DNA from: Deltaproteobacteria bacterium
GTDB taxonomy: Bacteria > Myxococcota_A > Polyangia > Fen-1088
DNA length: 64,000 nt
Direction of reading: 5' to 3'
NCBI GenBank assembly: GCA_033763315.1
Contig: JANRKS010000040.1
Coordinates: 1 to 64,000, forward strand
Under the pieces are notes generated by a model. That model made no database searches and was not told the origin of the DNA. It saw nothing but the letters and a program-made list of their open reading frames with translations. The position numbers and the translations under genes were made by a program. Shown piece by piece: positions 1 through 7,770 of this stretch. The first letter of the stretch is position 1. Each line of letters starts with the position of its first letter.

Positions 1-39
1 AGCACCGCAAAAACTAGATTCGCCAAGCAGAGCGCCGCC

Positions 40-171
40 GCCCAACCCGGCCTTCAAGTCTGACAGTGCCGCGAGCGTCACTTTGAACCTAGACATGGCA
101 GTGGAATGCGAGCGACAATGCGGTCTTTGGGCCTCATCGGGCACTGCAGCTTAAGGCCCATCACGTTGGGC
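40..171 (+). repeat. attC site (integron cassette recombination site)
   Basis: R'' GCCCAAC at 40-46 and R' GTTGGGC at 165-171 are perfectly complementary; inner CCTTCAAG/CTTAAGG L boxes; interior nearly identical to 4726-4854. Confidence 0.9.
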
Positions 172-208
172 GGACGAAGGTAGCCGCACTAATTGGAAAG
201 CCATCTGT

Positions 209-946
209 ATGCGTCACGGAGATCGAAGAATACGCATCCGTAGTCTCGTAAAGTTCTTGGTGTTGCCCACGACACTCGCGGTGACGTTTCCTCATAGAGC
301 TATTGGAGGTCGTGTCTGCGAAATTCCTCCTCCGTTGCGTTTCTCAGATGAGAACAAACATCAGCCGGAACTCGCTCGGCCCGACCTCATTGCCAGACTT
401 ACGGCCTACAAGTTCACGGAAGCGAAGGACGGCCTTGATGCGTTGTTGGTAGGGTTTGCACGTGGCGACGGTCCCGTCGAAGGAAGCTGCAACAACGTGG
501 GCGCATTCAAGTTTTGCCCATCTCCGCGCGATGGCGACGATCACCATAACATGGGGTTCACATTCAGAATCCTGGAGGGACGTCTCCCGGCGGGGCTAGT
601 CTTGCCAGAAGAACCGCTTGCCGTCTCATTTCCGAAAGAACCGACAAGCTTGCCTACCGAGCAATGCGTGAATCTGTACTGGATCGACGATCTAGGTCCT
701 TTTGCCGCCAAAATCAACGTAGTTGTCGTTGATCGGCAAGGACATGAAACCGGCAAATTCGATATCGACGTGAGTGGTCCAGAAGCCCAACGCCGAACCT
801 CCCCCTCAGTGTTTGAAGATTTATGGGAAAATTACGGAAAGCGTACTTTACTACTGATTGTTCTCCTTTTCATCGTGATGGGACTCGTCAGTCGCATACG
901 GTATTACTACCGTGTGGCTTTTGGGAAACGAAAGCGGTCTGAGTAA
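209..946 (+). CDS. cassette-encoded hypothetical exported/membrane-anchored protein
   Basis: 245 aa ORF between two attC sites; N-terminal hydrophobic segment, C-terminal TM helix followed by basic tail. Confidence 0.7.
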   Translation: MRHGDRRIRIRSLVKFLVLPTTLAVTFPHRAIGGRVCEIPPPLRFSDENKHQPELARPDLIARLTAYKFTEAKDGLDALLVGFARGDGPVEGSCNNVGAFKFCPSPRDGDDHHNMGFTFRILEGRLPAGLVLPEEPLAVSFPKEPTSLPTEQCVNLYWIDDLGPFAAKINVVVVDRQGHETGKFDIDVSGPEAQRRTSPSVFEDLWENYGKRTLLLIVLLFIVMGLVSRIRYYYRVAFGKRKRSE

Positions 947-996
947 CAATGGGGACTTGCTCGAGGTTTTCCGACTTAGTTCGGGCGAGCGGCGCC

Positions 997-1127
997 GCCC
1001 ATATCATCGTTCAAGTCCGACCGCGCCCCGGACGTCAATTTGAACGTAGACATGTTTGTGGCTGGCGAGCGACAATGCGATCTGTGGCGTCAGTGAGCGC
1101 ACCGCGGCTGAATTTTGCACGTTAACC
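997..1127 (+). repeat. attC site (R'' slightly degenerate)
   Basis: GCCCATA...GCTGAATTTTGCACGTTAACC; shares GTAGACA...GCGAGCGACAATGCG core with the other copies. Confidence 0.8.
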
Positions 1128-1135
1128 GGACGCCG

Positions 1136-1888
1136 ATGGCATTTCACATACGCACACTTATGTTGGCGATCGCAGTGGGATTGCTGCTTTGGGCTGGCGC
1201 GCGCCACGTTTCAGAGCCGCCTAATGATCCGCTTCGTGAAGTCAAGACCGATAGCGCGCCCGTAGCCGAAGAGGCTGATGTGAGCGCTGACCCGAGGCTA
1301 ACGAGCCGTGTCCATAGCGGCGGCACACAGCCCACGCGGCCAATCAGGAATCGCCCCGCTAACCTGTCATACCCAGGCATCGACGAACGGCTCAGGGCCA
1401 GCGCTCTCAACGCTCACGAAAGCGAGCCAAGAGACGTAACCTGGGCACCCGCGATGGAAGCGGCGTTTGGGTCAAGGCTGACAAAAGAGGAGCTGTCAAA
1501 ATACGGGTTGGCAGAGCTGCGAATTACAGAACTGTCGTGCAAACGCGTTACATGTCGGCTCGCGTACGAGTACCCAGCGAGTGTCGAGGATGTTCTCGCG
1601 GCTAACGGACTGCCACGACACATTTCTCCGCTAGCGCTTATCGAGGAGCAGACGGGTCCTCCTGCGCCAGTAAACCTTGGTTGGAGCCGCGAAGTCGTGG
1701 AACGCGATGGCCGGCGCCTGATGCGAATGATGGCCGTATTCGGATTTGACGACAATTCATACGATCCGGAACAATACGCCGATTGGGTTGAGAGCAAGGC
1801 CGAAGAAGCACGTGAAGCGTTCGGCCGTATGCCTAGAAGTTGGCCATCACCCGTAGACCCAGAGCGATCCGATCTCGATGCCGGCTAA
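1136..1888 (+). CDS. cassette-encoded hypothetical protein with N-terminal TM/signal
   Basis: ATG 9 nt after the attC R' box; stop TAA lies in GGCTAAC (1883-1889), complementary to the cassette start GTTAACC. Confidence 0.75.
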   Translation: MAFHIRTLMLAIAVGLLLWAGARHVSEPPNDPLREVKTDSAPVAEEADVSADPRLTSRVHSGGTQPTRPIRNRPANLSYPGIDERLRASALNAHESEPRDVTWAPAMEAAFGSRLTKEELSKYGLAELRITELSCKRVTCRLAYEYPASVEDVLAANGLPRHISPLALIEEQTGPPAPVNLGWSREVVERDGRRLMRMMAVFGFDDNSYDPEQYADWVESKAEEAREAFGRMPRSWPSPVDPERSDLDAG

Positions 1889-1989
1889 CTCACGCCCCTC
1901 ATGCCCTGAGGCGGACCGCACATCGGTTGGTAGACAAGACAGCGTGGATCATCGCTGTGTGGCACGACACCAGCTGCCACGCGAACCCA

Positions 1990-2270
1990 AATAGAAGTCG
2001 ACTTGATTCTCTGCTCAGGCGAAGCATTTAGCTGGCAGACCGTGCCGCGCTCATCTTCCTGGCAACGGAGGCGCCCCGTGCTCCAGTCACTCAGTGGCCG
2101 GGTAGCGCCATTCGCGTCACTGCCGACGGGCCGTTCCCCGATGCCACTGTAAAGGCCTCGTTGGAACTTCCGGAAGCCCTGCCATTGGACGCAATCGGCC
2201 ACTACGTCTACACAAGCAGTACAAACGGCTTCACCGTCTTTGCGGCCACCGATGTCAGGCACTTGGGCGT
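1990..2270 (+). pseudogene. decayed paralog of the 5579-5986 cassette gene
   Basis: Translates NRSRLDSLLRRSI* then LIFLATEAPRAPVTQWPGSAIRVTADGPFPDATVKASLELPEALPLDAIGHYVYTSSTNGFTVFAAT, aligning to 5579-5986 with an internal deletion and a stop. Confidence 0.8.
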
Positions 2271-2317
2271 GGAGCGCCATCGACCTCGAGAAAGGCCTGG
2301 CTGCATTCTATTTCTTT

Positions 2318-2428
2318 CCAGCCAAGCCGTGGAAGCCATTTTTCAACCTGGACGCCACAATGTGTTGCGGGCAACATTGGGGCGTTCGGCATTGATGGCT
2401 TTTGCAGCTTAACGCCGATCCGTTGGCC
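2318..2428 (+). repeat. degenerate attC site
   Basis: 3' half GCAGCTTAACGCCGATCCGTTGGCC resembles the end of 40-171; CAACCTGGACG core resembles 4037-4047; left end eroded, start approximate. Confidence 0.65.
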
Positions 2429-2443
2429 ACCGAGGGGATCAGG

Positions 2444-3007
2444 ATGAAACGCAGAAAACTGCTTGGTGAAGGCATCTTGCATACGTTGGGTTTCGTTTCA
2501 GCGTGTAAGCGGCAGCAGCCTCACGCGAGCAGAGATTTGACGAAGGACTCGTTGATGGACTACGACATAAAAATCGCGGAGGTTCCCGAGCAGCTCATTG
2601 CGGTAGCAAGGGAGCGCACGAAAATGAGTCTGATTTCGCGAGACATTCAGCGGCTCTTGGATGCCCCGTGGGCCTTGATAAGGCAACGTGGCGATCTGCG
2701 CACGGATGGACATAACGTCGCGGTCTACTTGCAATGGGATCCGAACGGCGCGGTCGAGGTCGGCGTTCAGATTGTCCGAAGATTCGATGCAACCGATCTG
2801 GTCGTGTGTTCCGCGACGCCGGCGGGGCGAGTCGCCGCCACAACGCACTTCGGCCCGTACGAACGGTTGGTCCATGCGCACAACGCAACTAGGGAATGGT
2901 GTGCGAAGCACGGGTACAAGCCCGCCGGGCCCGCTTGGGAGATCTACGGTGACTGGAACAATGATCCCCAGAAGATTCGGACCGATGTCCATGTGCTTCT
3001 CGCGTAG
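2444..3007 (+). CDS. GyrI-like small-molecule binding domain protein
   Basis: GRVAATTHFGPYERL and GPAWEIYGDW motifs typical of GyrI-like proteins; alternative start ATG 2555 with GAAGGA RBS. Confidence 0.85.
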   Translation: MKRRKLLGEGILHTLGFVSACKRQQPHASRDLTKDSLMDYDIKIAEVPEQLIAVARERTKMSLISRDIQRLLDAPWALIRQRGDLRTDGHNVAVYLQWDPNGAVEVGVQIVRRFDATDLVVCSATPAGRVAATTHFGPYERLVHAHNATREWCAKHGYKPAGPAWEIYGDWNNDPQKIRTDVHVLLA

Positions 3008-3009
3008 GG

Positions 3010-3135
3010 CGGACGCCAGGGTTCTGCGGAATCTGACTTTGAAGGCCGGCAATATTGTGGTCGCCGTCGCGAACCTCGACACGGCACTGATTTCCGCGCA
3101 ACAATGTAGCCGGCCGCCGTCGGCCGCGGCGATTG
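3010..3135 (+). repeat. strongly degenerate attC remnant
   Basis: GAACCTCGACACGGCACTGATTTCCGCGCAACAATG (3071-3106) aligns to the attC core; R boxes not recognisable, boundaries approximate. Confidence 0.5.
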
Positions 3136-3138
3136 CGT

Positions 3139-3828
3139 ATGGCGTTTCGACGAAACACTGCATTCTTGGCACTTGCTTGCGCGGCGTGGGGCGTAAGTTG
3201 CGCCGACGTTTTTCATCCGTATCAGAGCACGTCCGTCTTGCGAGGCTGGGCGGTGGTAATTGCTGCTTTCGGTATCGCCGCTCTGTCGGTGTATCTTGTC
3301 CGCTACCGCAGTGAGCGCTCGGCGAAGCGAGGGCTCGCTGTTTCCGTCGCCTCCATCGGGGCGTTTCTTGCCGGCGGTTTCGCTCGGCCGTGGGTGGCGT
3401 CGGCAATTTGGGACGTTCGATGTTCAAGCAAAACAGACATCAGGCATTGTTACCAAGCGGCGATGGAAATAGGCGCGTTTCAAAATTCAGGCAACGATTG
3501 GCTAGGCCGGCAATGTATCGGAAGCGAGATCCCGTATACCGTGTGTCGGTTTTCACCAATAAGGGACGAACGATCGTGCGGAGCCGTTGCAAGCGAATGC
3601 GCAGCCTGGGCAACGCGAATGATTCCGCGACCATTTGCAGCCGCAATCTGTGAGGAGTGGCAGGACAGCTGTCGAGATCTCCGTGCCGCCGGATGGCCAG
3701 TCGCGCGGCAACCTGGACCAGTGAATCCGAGAAGCTGGCCACCCCCTTTTTTGTCGCCAGCTGACCCAAAAATTCCAGGCTGGTTAAGGACCAAGGCCGA
3801 TTCCTCAATAGATGAAAATGGCAGATAA
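3139..3828 (+). CDS. cassette-encoded membrane protein (about 3 TM, Cys-rich C-terminal part)
   Basis: ORF with hydrophobic segments, same orientation as the array, flanked by attC remnants. Confidence 0.6.
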   Translation: MAFRRNTAFLALACAAWGVSCADVFHPYQSTSVLRGWAVVIAAFGIAALSVYLVRYRSERSAKRGLAVSVASIGAFLAGGFARPWVASAIWDVRCSSKTDIRHCYQAAMEIGAFQNSGNDWLGRQCIGSEIPYTVCRFSPIRDERSCGAVASECAAWATRMIPRPFAAAICEEWQDSCRDLRAAGWPVARQPGPVNPRSWPPPFLSPADPKIPGWLRTKADSSIDENGR

Positions 3829-3829
3829 A

Positions 3830-3910
3830 CGCGCGATTTCTGTGCAGTAGACTAGACACGTTAGTAGCTCGAGAGCGACAATGCGGTTACGCGGCCGTGT
3901 GCGTTGACGC
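3830..3910 (+). repeat. degenerate attC remnant
   Basis: CTAGACACGTTAGTAGCTCGAGAGCGACAATGCGG (3852-3886) is the attC-family core; boundaries approximate. Confidence 0.55.
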
Positions 3911-3993
3911 TGGCTAACCGGCCGCTGCAAGGGATGAACACAACAAGCGTTCGCTGCAACGCAGCTCATAGCACTGGTGTTTGAAGCCCCGCT

Positions 3994-4120
3994 GCACAAC
4001 CGATCGTTTCAGCTGACAAAGCGTGGGCGGCATCTACAACCTAGACACGCTCGCGGCTTTGCAACACCATTGGTGTTGTTCACGCTGCTGGGCTTTGCAA
4101 CTGAACTTTGCACGTTGAGC
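3994..4120 (+). repeat. attC site
   Basis: GCACAAC...GTTGAGC ends; TTTCAG/CTGAA L boxes; conserved TTTGCACGTT terminus. Confidence 0.85.
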
Positions 4121-4180
4121 AGACGGCAGAAGCCCCAGGAAATGCAAACGCCACGTCCACGTGTTAAGCTTCAATGCATC

Positions 4181-4426
4181 GTGGCAAACGCATTGCAGAT
4201 TCCGCCGGCAGGTTTCGAGGAACTTTCAGTCGAAGACCAAGTCGACTACGTGCAAGCCTTGTGGAACAGGATTGCTGAGCGTCCCGAACGGCTTCCCATC
4301 TCGGACGAAACACGGGAAATGCTCGAACAGCGCTTGGCCGCTCACCGTGCAGCCCCAGATGAAGCCAGGCCATGGGACGAGGTTCGTGAAGAGATCCATG
4401 CGGCCCTGCGTGCACGCCGCAAATGA
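4181..4426 (+). CDS. putative addiction module antitoxin (TIGR02574-like)
   Basis: LSVEDQVDYVQALW...LEQRLAAHRAAP...PWDEVR signature; ATGA overlap with the toxin; own TG-n-TAAGCT -10 at 4162-4170. Confidence 0.85.
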   Translation: MANALQIPPAGFEELSVEDQVDYVQALWNRIAERPERLPISDETREMLEQRLAAHRAAPDEARPWDEVREEIHAALRARRK

Positions 4427-4712
4427 AACTCGTAGTACGTGATGAGGCGTTGCTCGACGTCGTTGAGGCTTCGCTAGCGTATGAGGACGAACGCGAAGGG
4501 TTGGGGTGGGACTTCGAAGGCGAAGTTGACCGCGTGATGTCTCGAATCGCTGAGAATCACCTCCAGTTCGCCGATCGCTTTTCTGGAATACGTTTGGCCC
4601 TAACCCGCCGGTTCCCGTACGGTGTTTTCTTTGCGGTTGATGAGCGTTAAATCACGGTCATTGACGTTCACCATCTTCACCGCATGCCCGGTCATGGAGA
4701 CATCGACTGTAG
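4423..4712 (+). pseudogene. parE: ParE/RelE-family toxin, inactivated
   Basis: YEDEREGLG, RFPYGVFF motifs; premature TAA 4648-4650; in-frame continuation ITVIDVHHLHR, then apparent frameshift into SWRHRL*. Confidence 0.75.
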
Positions 4713-4725
4713 GTCTCACGCAGCT

Positions 4726-4854
4726 GCCCAACCCTTCATTGCAGCAGACAGTGCCGCGAACGTCACCTTGATCCTAGACAGGGCAGCGGAATGCGAGCGA
4801 CAATGCGGTCTTGGTGATTCAGTGGGGTCCGCAGCTGAATTTTGCACGTTAGCT
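4726..4854 (+). repeat. attC site
   Basis: GCCCAAC...GTTAGCT; interior nearly identical to 40-171; R'' complements the TA cassette start GTTGAGCAG. Confidence 0.9.
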
Positions 4855-4866
4855 TGGCAGGCCTGA

Positions 4867-5385
4867 ATGTTCTGGAGCCGTGAGAACCGAAAGCGCCTGA
4901 GGGTACACTTAAATGGGCCTGTGCCGACCTTTGCTGCGACCCTCCTTTTCGCGGCGGCGGTGGCGACGGCACTCCGAATATCGTGGAACCCGGGCCTCCA
5001 GAGCTACGTGGAATACGTTCCCATCAGCGGCCTTTTTGCCGCTTTCGTCTTGGAGCGCATCGTCGTCTATGACAGAAGATTAGGGCTTACTACCGTCGTA
5101 TGCGACGTCCTCGTTATCGTTCTGGCGTTGATGCGAGTTCTCGTTCCCCCGTTGCCATTTGTGTCCGGGCACTCCCTATTCTCGGCTTACGCATTCACGA
5201 CGCCCTGTCGATGGCATCTTCGCGCAGTCGCGCTCGTTGTACTGGCACAGGTCGCGTACGTGAAACTCGTGCTGACGGGAGGGATGGTGTCCATGGTACT
5301 GGGGTTCGCAGCGGCGGCACTTCTCGCCTTCGTCAGGCACGCGGCAGAGAAGAGTGTCGTGGCGGAACTCGATTCCGCCGGCTAA
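4867..5385 (+). CDS. cassette-encoded multi-TM membrane protein
   Basis: 172 aa, hydrophobic, conserved-looking PFVSGH motif; stop lies inside R''-like GGCTAAC (5380-5386). Confidence 0.8.
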   Translation: MFWSRENRKRLRVHLNGPVPTFAATLLFAAAVATALRISWNPGLQSYVEYVPISGLFAAFVLERIVVYDRRLGLTTVVCDVLVIVLALMRVLVPPLPFVSGHSLFSAYAFTTPCRWHLRAVALVVLAQVAYVKLVLTGGMVSMVLGFAAAALLAFVRHAAEKSVVAELDSAG

Positions 5386-5514
5386 CAATATGGAGAGCCG
5401 GTGGATGAGGCGATCCCTGAGTGTCCCAGCCCATGTTTGAGATATGCTCTAGTTCGGACGAATGAAGAGGCTGGGTGGGCCCGAATGAGCCAGAATCTGG
5501 GGCAGCCACACCCA

Positions 5515-5560
5515 GGCTAAGTGATCATTGCAGCAGGCGGTGTTAATTTGCACGTTATGC
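5515..5560 (+). repeat. internally deleted mini-attC
   Basis: GGCTAAGTGATCATTGCAGCAG (cf. GCCCAACCCTTCATTGCAGCAG at 4726) joined almost directly to AATTTGCACGTTATGC. Confidence 0.6.
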
Positions 5561-5578
5561 CGATACGCAGGTCTTGTA

Positions 5579-5986
5579 ATGCGAAGGGTTGAACTCGACG
5601 CACTTCTTCAGCGGCGTTTTCCTAGTGCCAGCTTTCACGACTCCGAGTTGCGATCAATGACCGTAGACTGGACGGGCAGGCGCGCGTGTTTGGCGTTCGA
5701 GATGAACGTGGAACGGAAAACCCACAAATTCGGGATCCTCGAGCTTGATGGTCTGTTCTTCTTGGCCACCGAGGCCCCCACTGCGCCGACCTCTGAGTGG
5801 CTGGGGCGCCCTCTTCGCATCACTGCCGAGGGATCGTTTCCCAACGCCGCGATCAAGACGTCGCTAGAACTGCCGGGCGACCTGCCATCGGACGCCATTG
5901 GCCATTATTTTTACGCCAGCAATACCAACGGCTTCACCGTGTTTGCGGCGACGACTATTGGATTTCTTTGGTGCGAAGGCACATGA
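5579..5986 (+). CDS. cassette-encoded hypothetical protein (FHD motif)
   Basis: ATG shortly after GTTATGC; decayed paralog at 1990-2270 supports a real gene family. Confidence 0.75.
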   Translation: MRRVELDALLQRRFPSASFHDSELRSMTVDWTGRRACLAFEMNVERKTHKFGILELDGLFFLATEAPTAPTSEWLGRPLRITAEGSFPNAAIKTSLELPGDLPSDAIGHYFYASNTNGFTVFAATTIGFLWCEGT

Positions 5987-6573
5987 CTTCCGCATTCGAA
6001 TGGGAAGAAGCGATACCCACGATCAAATACGGAGACGTAGAACTTAGCAGGCTTACCGAGGGCGACGTGCCGGCGCTGTTCGAGATATTCGGACACCCCG
6101 AGGTGATGCGCTACTGGAGCACGCCGCGGCTCCACGATGAGGCGGCTGCGGCAGCCTTATTGAACGACATCCATGAAGCGTTTCGGACTCGTCAACTGTT
6201 TCAATGGGGCGTTCGGATCCGCGGAACCGCAAAGGTTGTGGGTACGTGCACCTTGTTCAATCTGGATTTCGCGCATCGCCGGGCAGAGATCGGCTTTGCC
6301 GTTGCCCGTCGTGAGTGGCGCCAAGGCATCGCTACCAAAGCGACGAGAGCCCTTATTGAATTCGCGTTCGAACGCCTCGACTTACATCGGCTCGAAGCCG
6401 ACGCTGATCCGCGAAATTCAGCATCGCTTCGCGTGCTCGAGCGTCACGGGTTCCGACGCGAGGGCCATCTGCGAGAGCGATACCACCAAGGTGGCGAGAT
6501 ACAGGACGCACTCATCCTGGGGCTTCTTCGGCGAGAATGGGACGGCCCCGCCCATGAGGTCGGCATTGACTGA
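5983..6573 (+). CDS. RimJ/RimL-family GNAT acetyltransferase
   Basis: AEIGFAV...WRQGIATKA...LHRLEADADPRNSASLRVLERHGFRREG motifs. Confidence 0.92.
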   Translation: MTSAFEWEEAIPTIKYGDVELSRLTEGDVPALFEIFGHPEVMRYWSTPRLHDEAAAAALLNDIHEAFRTRQLFQWGVRIRGTAKVVGTCTLFNLDFAHRRAEIGFAVARREWRQGIATKATRALIEFAFERLDLHRLEADADPRNSASLRVLERHGFRREGHLRERYHQGGEIQDALILGLLRREWDGPAHEVGID

Positions 6574-6912
6574 GCGATCATTTATCCATTCCAAGCACCG
6601 AGCAGCCTACCTTGGAGCTGTGTTGTACTTTTTATCGGGCAGCTTTGGTCGGGCAGACGACGCCATCCCACCAAACGACCGAGCGCAATTAATTGTCGGC
6701 TCACTGCGCGGGCTAGAAGCTTGGCGCTATGATGGCGGTGGCAAGCGCATCATCAGCAAGATCGTTGCACTCAAACCTCGGTGGCTGGACGCAGGCGTCG
6801 TACTGGTGTTGATGGCCATCTAGATCCGCAGAAACTTGGCCATGGTGGCCCCAAAGTCAGGAAATTAGGCGCCGAGGCAGTGGCGGCTTAAAAGCCTGCG
6901 CTCAAGCTCGAG

Positions 6913-6965
6913 AAAAAAAAACGAGGGCCCACCCCAAGCTTGTGACTAGGCAAAGGCGGGCCCTC
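6913..6965 (-). terminator. putative intrinsic terminator/hairpin in IS leader, minus strand
   Basis: GAGGGCCC (6923-6930)/GGGCCCTC (6958-6965) stem next to A9 at 6913-6921 (U-tract on minus strand). Confidence 0.5.
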
Positions 6966-7043
6966 ACGAAACGCTTTCGCGTCGGGGCAGATGGTGGTCC
7001 TTTCGCGAAGCGTTGTCCAGTTTTTGATCATTCCCGAGCGGGG

Positions 7044-7709
7044 ATGGACGACTGGATGGATGAGCTGGTTTTGATTGAGCTTCTTTGCGGCACCTGCCGC
7101 TCAATCTTTCACGTCTGCGAGAGTGACTATCGAGGCCACCGCTACTGCCAAGAGATGTGTCGGGGCCGTGGGCAGCGTCAGGCCCGGCGAGCCGCCAACG
7201 ACCGGCACCAGCGTTCAGCCGAAGGCCGCGCTGACCATCGCGACCGTAACCGTGCGTTGCGCAAACGCAAGAGTGCCGCCACAAGCGTGACGGATATGGG
7301 TTCAAAAGAATTTGACCGCGTGGCCTCTTTGCCCTCGCCAGAGCGCTTGCCCGTAGCCATGGAGGTTGCAGTGCAAAGCGAAGGCGAAGGAAAGAACGAT
7401 GAAGCCGTACAAATTGATGGTGTCTTCGATGCAAGGCCGGATGCGGTTGTTGCTCCTGGACGAGACAGACGAGATCTTGAAAGCAGAGCTGCCGAGCGGG
7501 TATTTCCCGCGTCACCCACGCGCGATGACGACGTTGCTCGAAGGCTTGTCGATGTTCCTCTGCGCCAAGCTGCACGTTGTTGTGTCTGCGGATGTATTGG
7601 ACGATTTATATTGCCTGGATTTCGTGGACGGGCTGGGCGGCGCGGCCCCCAGCGTGTTTTTCGAGGTCGAGATCGCCCCACGGCTGCGGCGGCCCGGACG
7701 GCGAATTAA
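7044..7709 (+). CDS. IS-associated Cys/Arg-rich (Zn-ribbon-like) accessory protein
   Basis: CGTC...C.SDYRGHRYC..MC followed by an Arg-rich helix; lies inside the IS ends; 3' half overlaps the next ORF. Confidence 0.65.
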   Translation: MDDWMDELVLIELLCGTCRSIFHVCESDYRGHRYCQEMCRGRGQRQARRAANDRHQRSAEGRADHRDRNRALRKRKSAATSVTDMGSKEFDRVASLPSPERLPVAMEVAVQSEGEGKNDEAVQIDGVFDARPDAVVAPGRDRRDLESRAAERVFPASPTRDDDVARRLVDVPLRQAARCCVCGCIGRFILPGFRGRAGRRGPQRVFRGRDRPTAAAARTAN

Positions 7710-7770
7710 AGGTGTGGGCCACTTTCGTGACCTGAAGCAATTGCACCTTTGTACAGGGTGGCCACGATGA
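7399..7770 (+). CDS. IS-associated accessory protein
   Basis: GAAGGA RBS; stop overlaps istA start (ATGA). Confidence 0.75.
   Translation: MKPYKLMVSSMQGRMRLLLLDETDEILKAELPSGYFPRHPRAMTTLLEGLSMFLCAKLHVVVSADVLDDLYCLDFVDGLGGAAPSVFFEVEIAPRLRRPGRRIKGVGHFRDLKQLHLCTGWPR

Noticed and set aside
1883-1990. Complete attC after the second cassette
   Set aside because: Only R'' GGCTAAC and a TAGACA remain; no -10 motif or R' arm, so not listed as a site
2498-3427. 309 aa minus-strand ORF
   Set aside because: Antisense shadow spanning two + strand cassettes; no motifs
40-5560. CRISPR interpretation of the recurring repeats
   Set aside because: Repeats are ~130 bp, separated by whole genes and bounded by RYYYAAC/GTTRRRY; no cas genes
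6173-6553. 5' part of ORF 6173-6823 as a gene
   Set aside because: Out-of-frame overlap with the GNAT gene; only the part from ~6554 belongs to the IS-split gene
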